Below, one piece after another: positions 50,001 to 60,483 of a stretch of 64,000 nucleotides of DNA. The DNA is from Azolla caroliniana. Taxonomy: Eukaryota; Plantae; Polypodiophyta. The notes beneath the pieces were generated by a model, which was not told the origin of the DNA, searched no databases, and was given only the letters and a program-made list of their open reading frames with translations. Made by a program: the position numbers and the translations under genes. Every line of letters begins with the position of its first letter. Within the stretch, counting starts at the first letter, position 1. The stretch lies in NCBI GenBank assembly GCA_043228905.1, contig JBHGNT010000012.1, forward strand, positions 5,146,001 through 5,210,000, written 5' to 3'.

Positions 50001-51504
50001 TTCTTGATTCCATTCGAGATCATATGGCCACTGATGATTTCGCCAAGGATGTTTTGGATCATATCGTCCCGGATCATGCTTCTTGCTCACGGTCGAAAAA
50101 TCCTCGTAATGACTATTGTCAGTTCTATTGGCATGGTGGTTTTCTATTTTGACAAAATTTATTGTATGTTCTTGATGGTCCCCCATGGCTACAAGTTTTG
50201 CAACATTGCCATGACTCACCAATGGCTGGTCATTTTGGAGTTCGCAAGACTCTAGAATTAATTTCTCGACGCTATTGGTGGCCTCGCCTTCGTCATTTTG
50301 TTGAGGAGTATGTTCGGAGCTGTGATATATGTTGTCGATCAAAGAATCCTCGTCACCGACCCTATGGCTTACTATAACCACTTCCCATTCCGGAAACTCC
50401 TTGGAAGTCTATATCCTTGGACTTCATTATTGATCTCCCAGTTTCAAAAGGTTTTGATGCAATTCTCACAGTGGTTGATCGATTTACCAAAATGGCACAT
50501 TTCTTGCCATGTACAAAGTCGATTACTAGTCAAGAGGCGGCTGATCTCGTTATGCGGGAGGTATTTAAGCATCATGGTCTGCCAGATGATATTATTAGTG
50601 ATCGTGGTCCACAATTCATCTCAATCTTTTGGAAGCACATGTTCAAAATTCTCCACATTTCAGTTAAGCTTTCGTTGGGCTATCATCCCGAAACAAATGG
50701 CCAAACAGAGCGTACCAACCAGACATTGGAACAATATCTTCCTTGTTTCATCAACTATCAACAAGATGATTGGGTTGTTTTTTGCACTTGGCGGAATTCG
50801 CTTACAACAACTCAACCCATTCTTCTACAGGATATTCCCCATTTTTCGCAAATACGGGTTGTCATCCTCGGTGGAAGATGAATGCACATCGAGAAGTTCC
50901 TACCAACCCTGCTGCCGGGGATCGTCTTCGTCGCCTCCAAGAAATTCAAGCTAACATTCTCCACAATTTGCATGATGCTCAATTTACACACAAGAGGCTT
51001 GTCGATCGTCATCGTCTAGACTCCTCAAAAAAGTTCCACATTGGGGGTCATGTATGGCTTCTCCAACACAACATCAAGACCACTCGACCTTGCAGTAAAT
51101 TGGATTACCAACGTTTTGGCCCTTACATGATCACTGGTAAGATAAGCGATGTTGCATTTCGTCTTGACCTCCCTCCGCACATGCATCTTCATCCGGTGTT
51201 TCACATATCCCTTTTGGAACCTTATACTACAAGTTCAATTCTGGGTCGTCTTATGACACCCCCACCACATGTTGAGTTCTTGGACAGGCCTGAATTTGAA
51301 GTTGCTGCCGTTCTCGATTCTAAAATCGTGCGCAACTAGCTGTATTACTTAGTCGATTGGCTAGGCTATATCCCCAATGATCGAATTTGGGAACCCGCCG
51401 CAAATCTTTCCAATGCTGCAGAACTCGTCAATGCATTTCATCGCCAATATCCTTGTAAACCAGGTCCTAATACAAACCCTACGACCCGTGAGACGTGTCG
51501 TTGA
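47049..51504 (+). pseudogene. Element F gag-pol (stops, RT internal deletion, chromodomain)
   Basis: Gag with CLYCGGPGHIAVNC, protease LLDHGANS, RT VYLDDIL, RNase H EADASD, integrase GHFG..DFI..SDRG..QTERTN, GPY/F motif, chromodomain FEVAAVLDS..YYLVDWLGY..WEP. Confidence 0.92.
48160..48211 (+). promoter_or_regulatory. Predicted -1 ribosomal frameshift signal G_TTA_AAC, 6-nt spacer and pseudoknot (homolog at 45939-45990)
   Basis: Heptamer is in correct gag phase just before the gag stop. 11-bp stem GTCCGGCCAAA / TTTGGTTGGAC. Loop TAGGA can pair with downstream TCCTA. The -1 frame is open into the protease. Confidence 0.75.
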
Positions 51505-51983
51505 AGAAGGGGGATAATGTCATGATAACAGTCACATCATGCATCAAAAGGATCATGACACTCACATTATGACTCGAAAGGATTTGAACCCACAACCTTG
51601 TTGTACACATGTCAAATCCTTAACCATTGTATTAATATTCTTATATGTATAGTCTCTAGAATATGAAATCTAATATCATAGGAATATTCTATATTACTCT
51701 ACATTCTAGAATGAACTAGAATATTCTAGACTGTTCTATACCACTAGAACCTTCTAGAATACTCTAGAGATCTTCTAGATTACTCTACATTCTAGGATAA
51801 CCTAGAATATTCTAGAGTGTTCTCTATTACTTATAAATAGGGATCTACCACCCATCCCAAACCTAAATTGGTTCAACGCCATTTTATAGCCTACTCTTTG
51901 TAATCCATTTTACGCTTCAATATAATAATTCTCTTTCAATTATCTCTCTATCTCTTTTTCTCTCTCTTAGTCTTGACACCTTC

Positions 51984-54900
51984 CAACCCTATTAAGGAGG
52001 AATCCTTAGTACAACTTCTGACAAAATATCATCATTATGCCGATGTATTTGACAAGGTAAAAGCCGGTACTCTTCCTCATCGTCGTCCCTATGATTGTCC
52101 CATCGATCTACAACCGGGAGCAAAGCCATCATGGGGACCAATTTACAACTTGTCCCCCACCGAGTTGGAAGTCCTTCGAGCCTACATAGAGGAGAACTTC
52201 GCTAGCGGGTTTATTCGTCATTCGAAATCTCTGGCCGGTGCACCCATCTTCTTTGTCGAGAAGAAAGATGGCTCACTTCGTCTCGTCGTTGATTACCGTT
52301 GCTTAAATAAAGTCACCATCCGGAATAGGTATGCACTTCCTCTTATATCAAGTCTTTTAGAGTGAGTTAATGGTGCCAAGTTTTTTACAAAAATCGATTT
52401 ACGAGGAGTGTATAACCTCGTGCGGATCCGGCCGGGAGATGAATGGAAGACCGCCTTTCGCACGCGGTATGGGCATTTCGAATATATTGTTATGCCATTC
52501 GGTCTAACCAATGCACCCGTAGTCTTCCAACTCATGGCAAATGATATATTCAGAGACCTCTTGGATATCTGTTTGATCATCTATCTGAATGATCTCTTGA
52601 TTTAATCGAAGACCCAGGAAGAGCACAATTCTCATGTACTATTAGTACTAAAACGACTCCGTGAGAATGGTCTTTATGCCAAGCCAGAAAAATGTAGCTT
52701 TGACTGCAAGCAAGTGGAATTTCTAGGCTACGTCATCTCCTCAAAGAGCATCTCCATGGATCTAGCTAAAGTCCAAACTGTGCTAGAGTGGCAAATTCCA
52801 TGGTCGGTACGAGATGTACAATATTTTCTAGGTTTTGCTAACTTCTATCGCAAGTTTATACAGGATTACTTGAAGATTATTTTACCTCTCACACAACTTA
52901 TGAAGAAGGGACAAGCATTTCTTTGGTCCAATGAAGCGGACATGGCTTTTCGGCATCTTAAGAAAGCCTTTATGTCAGCTCCTATTCTAGCACATGTGGA
53001 TACAAAGAAACCATTCATCATGGAGGCCGACGCATCGGATTTCGTCCTCGGTAGCATCCTTTCTCAACAAGGAGATAAAGAAGAGTTACATCTTGTGGCT
53101 TTCCATTCATGCAAATTCGATGCCGCGGAAATCAACTACGAAAAATACATGAAAAGGAGTTATTAGCCATCGTGGATTCCTTTGTGCAATGGTGGCATTT
53201 CTTAGAGGGCTCTCCACATCAGGTCATCGTCTTTAGTGATCACAAAAACCTTGCTTATTTCTAGAATGCTCGGGTGCTAAATTGATGGCAAGCTTGGTGG
53301 GCTCAATTCCTCACACGTTTCGACTTCAAAATCACATATCAACCGGGGACGCAGCAAGGAATAACAGATGCGCTATCACGACGTTCATATCTTGCACCTT
53401 GTCCTGCTGATCTAGCGTTTGATAATCAAAAGCAAGTAATTTTGGGACCACCACGATTGCACACAATGCGGATTTTTCACACCCGAATGGATTCCCGGAT
53501 TATCGATGCCATACGTGCGAACTTGAAGACAAACAGTTTTGCTCAAGACATTCTGGCACACATTGATACCTCTTGGGCATCCTGTTCCCAGTCTCAGCAA
53601 CCAGGTATGGACTACCGACAATTCGAATATCATGATGGTTTGTTATTCTTTAAAAAGCTTGTATATGTCCCCGATTGCTCTTGTCATCTTCAAATCGTCC
53701 AAAGTTGTCACGGCACCCATATGGCGGGACATTTCGGTAGCACTAAGACGTTGGATCTAGTTCAACGATCCTTTTGGTGGCCCCATATGCGACGTTTTGT
53801 CGACGACTACGTTCGGACCTGTGATGCTTGTTGCCGAGCAAAGATGCCACGACACCAGCCATATGGCTTGTTGGAACCCTTACCGATTCCAAGTAAGCCG
53901 TGGTAGTCTATTTGTCTTGATTTCATCACAGATCTGTTGGTCTCGAAGGGGTTCAATGCTATCTTAACCGTCATCGATCGATATACGAAGATGGCACATT
54001 TTTTGCCGTGTACTAAGGCCATCACTAGCGAGGAAACCACCGCCCTTGTCATGCGTGAGGTATTTCGGCATCATGGCCTCCCAGACAGTATCATCTCCAA
54101 ATTTGTCTCCAAATTTGTCTTTGTCTCCAAATTTTGGCAGCATCTCTTCAAGATGCTCAAGGTCTCTTGCAACCTCTCCTCTGGCTACCATCCTCAGACC
54201 GATGGGCAGGCGGAATGAACAAACCAAACACTGGAGCAATATCTCTGGTGTTTCCTGAGTTATCAACAGGACGATTGGGCCGAGATTCTTCACTTTGCAG
54301 AGTTTGCGTATAATAATGCTATTCACTCCTCAACTCGAGTCTCCCCATTCTACGCTTATACCGGTTCTCATCCTCGCTGGTCGGTGATCGACACCCCAGA
54401 GCTACCTACCAATCCTCGTGCCGAGGATCATTTGGAAAGACTACGCAAAATCTAGATGGATCTCTCTACTCATCTTCGTCATGCTCAATAGACACAGAAG
54501 ACTTACGCGGATCGTCATCTTCTTCCCTCCTCTTTTGCTATCGAAGATCGAGTATGGCTTTTACGTCGTCACATCAAGACTACTCGACCGTGTGACAAGT
54601 TGGATTATCGCCGACTCGGTCCTTTCCGTATTACCGGTAAGGTTAATGATGTCACGTTTCGCCTTGATCTTCCTCCGCATCTTCGGATACATCCGGTCTT
54701 CCATAGTTCTCTTTTTGAACCGTATAAAGCAAACACTCTTCCCGATCGTGTTACACCACCGCCGCCCCCGCTTGAGTTAGACGCCGGCCCAGAGTTTGAA
54801 GTTGCTGCCATCCTCGACTCCAAATTTGTTCGCAACAAACTTTATTATTTGGTCGATTGGCTCGGCTATAGTCCGAGTGAACGTACTTGGGAACCCGTCG

Positions 54901-55022
54901 AGCATGTTGCCAATGCTCAAGATCTTCTTGCTGAGTTCCATCGAAAGTATCCGGACAAACCCGGTCCGCAATCAACGCCGACTCGTTCCACTCATCGCCT
55001 TAAGGGGGAGATAGTGTCATAA
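51984..55022 (+). pseudogene. Element E pol (RT, RNase H, integrase, chromodomain) with stops
   Basis: [87 protein letters not shown]. Confidence 0.92.
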
Positions 55023-56238
55023 TATGGCAAGACTCGAACGTATGACCTTATGTTATATGGGTCGAGCTCTTGACCATTATACCATCTATTGTAATACGTA
55101 GGATATTATTTTCATTTAAGTTTTATTATAGGAAATTAATGTATATTCTAGATTTCTCTAGAACATTCTAGAAGCTTCAGGATTACTCCTGAGAACACTA
55201 TAAAAGAAGGCACTAGGCATTATGTTGAACCAAATTGGTTTAACGCCAGTCTTAAGCCTCTTAGCCACTTTGTACTTATCCTTCACATAATATATTAGTT
55301 GTTATCATCATCTCTCTCTCTCTCATCCTCGCTATCTCTCTCTCCTCTTCTCCCCTTCTCTCTCGGGAATCTTATGCAGTCCTGTCCTCTTAGTACTAAT
55401 AGTACTTCTCTTCTTTAGTACTAATTCTCTCTCTACTTTAGTACTATTCCTGACAGTTGGCATGCTTCGCATACTTGGTCGACTCGTTTCGACTCGAATG
55501 CCGGAAGTCCAATGACGATTCCCTTTGATTGCATTGCTTGAAGCCATTGGAGGTTTATGTTGCCGATTCTTTTGTGCCACAACTCGATGCTTGTCTCGGT
55601 TTTGAGACCTTTGGCATACATGGATGATTTTACCTCGTTCGAATCGAGGATGAACATGCGACCGTCTCTCCGTCCCTTGGCTATGAGTTGGCCATCTTTC
55701 TCGATGAAACAACCTTCGTTGTTGAAGCGGACTTGCATGCCTTGCTCCACGATTTGGCCGAATGAGACCAAATTCTTTGTTATTGTGGGCACATTGTCGA
55801 GAAAATCCTTGCGGATGTGTAGAAGTTGGGCAAGACCACGGGGGTCTTGAACCAAGGTGTAAAGAATAGCGTGAGGAAGCAGGTATGAAGATAGAACAGA
55901 GGAAGGAAACTCAGGTTCAATGGAGAGCTTCGGCTTACACGGTATACGCGGGAGAGACAGAGAGAGAAACACAGAAAAAACACTATTCAACAATAATACT
56001 CAGTCTGTACATAAGACGTGCTCAGTGAACACTTTTATACAAGTCCTGGAAGGACTGACTGAAGTACTGACAGTACTTCAATGATCATTAAGAGCTCCTA
56101 CACTAACTCCCAAATATATTCCTCATGGAATATCTTTCCTAACGACCTCCCGGTTTACGCACTCGGCCTAACCGATCGGTCCCAGCCGATCCGGTCCTCG
56201 GCTTCTTCAGCCGATCTGGCCGATGTTGAGTTTGTCTC

Positions 56239-59200
56239 TCAACACTCCCCCTCAAGCTCAACTCGGGGCTCTTCGGGATCCTTGGGCTCACGGCTTCGGT
56301 TCCTCTTGGCTTCACGCCTCACTCGCGCTCCTCGACCTGTTCGACTCCGCGCGCTTCGACCCTTCCGGTCGGCTTGTCTGCTCATGCGGCCCTTATCAGC
56401 TCTTCTGCTATTGCGGCGTTGACGCTTCTCCTGCTGCCTTTTCTTCCACTTAGGCCTCGGTTGATTCAACGTGTCTGAATCAAACATCTGAACCGACTCG
56501 GCTACCTCCGATCGGTTTTCGCTCTCGTCCGAGTTGGCTGTCTCCAACTCGTCTTCGGTCTTCTCGCCCTCGATGGCGTCATCTCCCCTATGCGTGGTTG
56601 GCTTCAGCTCTCTCCTTCGGCTGCTCCCCTTTTGTCTGCTTCCGAACTTTTCCGCGGGTCCGCCCTCGGCTTCTTCAGCCGATCCGAAGTCGAACTTGTC
56701 AACCGATTCGGTGTCGCGGTCTCCGCTCCTTTCTTGCTGCCTTGCTTGGTCGTTCGGGACTGTTCTCCCCCTCAAGTTTGGCACGTCAAGGTGACGCAAT
56801 CCGAGCGCACCTGAGAATTGCCGCAACTTGTCCAGAGCAAGAGGCTTGGTGAAGATGTCGGCAGCCTGCCGATCCGTCAAAACGTACTGAAGTTCGACTT
56901 CACCGGAAAGGACATGCTCACGGACGAAATGGTAGTGCACCTCAATGTGCTTGGTCCGTGCGTGGAAGATGGGGTTCTTCGCGAGGTCTTCGGTCTTCTC
57001 GCCCTCGATGGCGTCATCTCCCCTATGCGTGGTTGGCTTCAGCTCTCTCCTTCGGCTGCTCCCCTTTTGTCTGCTTCCGAACTTTTCTGCGGGTCCGCCC
57101 TCGGCTTCTTCAGCCGATCCGAAGTCGAACTTGTCAACCGATTCGGTGTCGCGGTCTCCGCTCCTTTCCTGCTGCCTTGCTTGGTCGTTCGGGACTGTTC
57201 TCCCCCTCAAGTTTGGCACGTCAAGGTGACGCAATCCGAGCGCACCTGAGAATTGCCGCAACTTGTCCAGAGCAAGAGGCTTGGTGAAGATGTCGGCAGC
57301 CTGTCGATCCGTCAGAACGTACTGAAGTTCGACTTCACCGGAAAGGACACGCTCACGGACGAAATGGTAGTGCACCTCAATGTGCTTGGTCCGTGCGTGG
57401 AAGATGGGGTTCTTCGCGAGTTGGATGCTGTTGAGGTTGTCGCAGTAGATCGTCGTTGGATCGGACACCTCCTCTTGCAGGTCCTTAAGTAGCCGCTTCA
57501 ACCATATGGCTTCGCATGTCGCGACAGCCGATCCTCGGTACTCCGCTTCGGTGCTCGACAGTGCAATTGTCGACTGCTTCTTACTGCTCCACGCGATCGC
57601 GGCACTCCCGAGGGAGAACGCGTATCCAGACGTGGATCGGCGATCGGTGGCGTTGCCAGCCCAATCAGCATCGGTGTAGCCGACTAACCGCGTGGTTGCA
57701 CCGGTCCGATATAACAGTCCCTGGTCCTTAGTGCCGTTGACATACCAAAGTATGCGTTGCGCACACTGAAGGTGCTCCTCGGTAGGTCGCGCCATGAACT
57801 GACTGATCACTCCGACCGGATAACTGAGGTCGGGTCGGGTGATGGTCAAGTATATAAGGCTTCCGACAATTTGTCGGAACCTCGTTGGGTCGCATACCTT
57901 TCCTGTATCGGGACGAAGCTTGACGGTTCTGTCCAGAGGAGTCAAGATGGACTTACAGTCGGCCATCCCGAATTTGAAGAGCATACTCAACACGTAATGA
58001 CGTTGGCTGATCAATATGCCTTCGGGGGTACGGATGACTTCGATCCCGAGGAAGTAATGAAGGTCTCCCAGATCCTTCATGTCGAATGATGCCGCAAGCT
58101 GGAGCTTCACACGGTCGATTCCACCTAGGTCGGCGCCGGTGATGACCAAGTCATCAACATATAGTAAGATACTAACCGGTCCGAGTCGACTTTTCCGGAT
58201 GAACAGGGAAGAGTCCGATTTTGACTTGACAAAGCCCATCTGACGCAGTTGTTGCGTGATCTTCGCGTTCCAGGCACGCGGGGCTTGCTTCAGTCCGTAA
58301 AGGGACTTCTTCAGTCGGCATATTGCCGAGGAGTTCGTTCCAGAGTGAAATCCGGGGGGTTGTACCATGTACACCTATTCCTCAAGGTCACCTTGCAGGA
58401 ACACATTCTTTACATCCATCTGATGTAGGTGCCACCCCTTGGCCGCGGCTACTGCGAGGAAAACATGGACGGTTGTCATTTTTGCGACCGGCGCAAACGT
58501 CTCATCGTAGTCGATGCCGTGTTTCTGCGCGTAGCCCTTTGCCACTAGCCGAGCCTTGTACCGGTTGACCGAGCCATCGGTGTTGTACTTGACCTTGTAC
58601 ACCCACCTACACCCGATCGGTTTTACCCCCTTCGGTGCGTCAACTAGGTCCTAGGTTTCGTTCTCCGCCAAAGCGTGCATCTCTTCCTCCATCGCGGCGC
58701 GCCAATTCGCGTCCTTCGCCGCTTCTGTGTAGCTCTCCGGCTCACGCACTTCCGCTACACGGGTCATGTAAGCATAATGATGCGCCATGTACTCGTTGTA
58801 TCCTAACCGCACGACTGGGTTCTTCTGGCGGGTAGATCGGCGTAATCTCACATTAGCCGATGTCGAGGCCTTCTCGGTCGACGCGGTCTTCATCTTTAAA
58901 GACCTGTCACCGGCTCCCTCGGAGTCGGACTCGCGTCGGTCTGACTCGTTCCTTTCCGTGCCGCAATCCGACACCTTCTTCTTCCCTTTCTCTTTGCGCG
59001 TAAGCCGTCTCCTCGGCTTCCTGCGCGGGGAATGCACGGCCGAGTCTCCACTACTCGCCGGCTCTTCGTCGGACTGGTCATACCGACTCAGTCGTCCAAT
59101 TGGTCCACTTAACCGGAGTGAAATCGGACTCTCTTCGCGGGTCTCGATTTCGGGCTCATCCAGAGGCATCTCGGCCTCGCTGACCTCATCGTCAGAGCTC

Positions 59201-60483
59201 GGATTGGAATCGGGGTTCCGAGTCAGGGACAGGTACCAGGATGCGGACTCGTCAAACACAACGTCGCGACTGACACGCGCTTGTTTGGTGCGAGGGTTAT
59301 AGCACTTATAACCCTTCTGCTCGTCCGAGTAACCGACCAAGATGCATTTCTCGGCCTTTGCGTCCAGCTTCCTCCTTTTCTCCTTCGGTACATGCACATA
59401 CGCAATGCTACCGAACACCCTCAAGTGTCGCAAGTTCGGCTTCGTTCCGAAATATAGCTCGTGCGCCGACACTTTGTCTCCAATCCGGTTTTGGATGTAT
59501 ACCGCGGTCCTTACCGCCTCGGCCCAGTAGAACTTGGGCAAGCTCTTCTCCTCCAGCATTGCCCGTGCCACTTCCACAATCGATCGATTCTTTCTCTCGG
59601 CCACGCCGTTTTGCTCCGGCGTGTATCTACAACTGAATCGCGGCGAATTCCCATTTGTTGTAGGTAAACGTTGAATTGACCGGAAAAGTACTCTTTCCCG
59701 CCATCCGACTGCAGACACTTGATCTTTCGTCCCGTTTCAGTTTCCACGAACCCTTTGAGGTCCCGGAAACAGTCGAAGACTTCGCTCTTCCTCTCAATGA
59801 GGTAGATCCACGTGTGCCGCGTGTGGTCGTCGATGAAGGAGACGAAATATCGGCTCCCGCCAAGACTAACGTTTTGTGCTGGCCCCCACACATCCGAGTG
59901 TATAAGGTCGAGCTTGTTCCGGCTCCGGTTTCGCTCGTTGGGGAAAGGAAGTCGGTGTTGCTTCTCGAGCTGGCAGGCTTCACAAATTTGTGCCTTTCAG
60001 CCGCTAAACTTGGGCAATCCGAACACTACCTGTTTCGATTGCATATCTTGAATCCGTTGGTAGTTGACGTGGCCTATCCGCTTGTGCCACAAGTCGATGT
60101 TCGACTCGGCTTTTTGTCCCTTTGTGAACATTGCGGTGCCGCCGTTAGTGGAATCGAGGATGAACATCATCCCGTCTCTGCGCCCTTGCGCAATCACACG
60201 ACCTTCTTCCTCAATGAAGCACCCGAGGTGTGTAAACTAAACCTCCATCCCTTGGTCGACGATCTGTCCGACCGAGACCAAGTTCTTCGTGATTGTCGGA
60301 ACGTGCAGCACGTTCATGAGTTTCCCTTTCTGCCCGACATGGCTAAGGGGAACTTCTCCGACATTCGCGATCGGATGTGGAGTGTCGTCTCCTGTTGCGA
60401 CTACTCCAGATTGTATCGGTTTTTCAAGGTACGAGAACCACTCCTTATGGCTCGTCATGTGGTTTGACGCGCCCAAGTCTACG
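56239..60483 (-). pseudogene. Copia D pol (few stops/frameshifts), RT-RH ORF of 711 aa with duplicated RH end and charged tail
   Basis: ORFs 60237-60476, 59997-60197, 59511-59891, 58651-59718, 58375-58602 and 56239-58374 (LYVDD, YTDADWAG, RTKHIEVHYHFVRE twice). Confidence 0.92.
56551..57420. repeat. In-frame 435-bp tandem duplication (56551-56985 / 56986-57420)
   Basis: Two copies differ by about 5 transitions. Confidence 0.95.

Larger units (their letters stand above)
46505..51978 (+). mobile_element. Ty3/Gypsy chromovirus F (Tcn1-like) nested in element E
   Basis: LTRs 46505-46961 and 51518-51978 (about 11 substitutions by eye), TSD CCTTC (46500-46504 / 51979-51983), PPT GAAGAAGGGGGATAA 51503-51517. 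Confidence 0.96.
44301..55455 (+). mobile_element. Ty3/Gypsy chromovirus E (Tcn1-like) nested in Copia C
   Basis: LTRs 44301-44725 and 55015-55455 (about 11 substitutions by eye), TSD GTTGG (44296-44300 / 55456-55460), PPT AAGGGGGAGATAG 55002-55014. Order gag-PR-RT-RH-IN-chromodomain. Confidence 0.96.
55795..60483 (-). mobile_element. Ty1/Copia element D nested in Copia C (5' part beyond Copia G and the window end)
   Basis: 3' LTR 55795-56244 (TGTCGAGA..TCTCAACA), related to the B LTR. PPT 56245. Protease, integrase, RT and RNase H ORFs. Interrupted at the protease motif (YVDLGASNHMT) by G. Confidence 0.92.

Noticed and set aside
59676-60467. Long antisense ORFs over Copia pol (also 14439-14993, 58787-59302)
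   Set aside because: Shadow ORFs of GC-rich coding sequence with no recognisable motifs.
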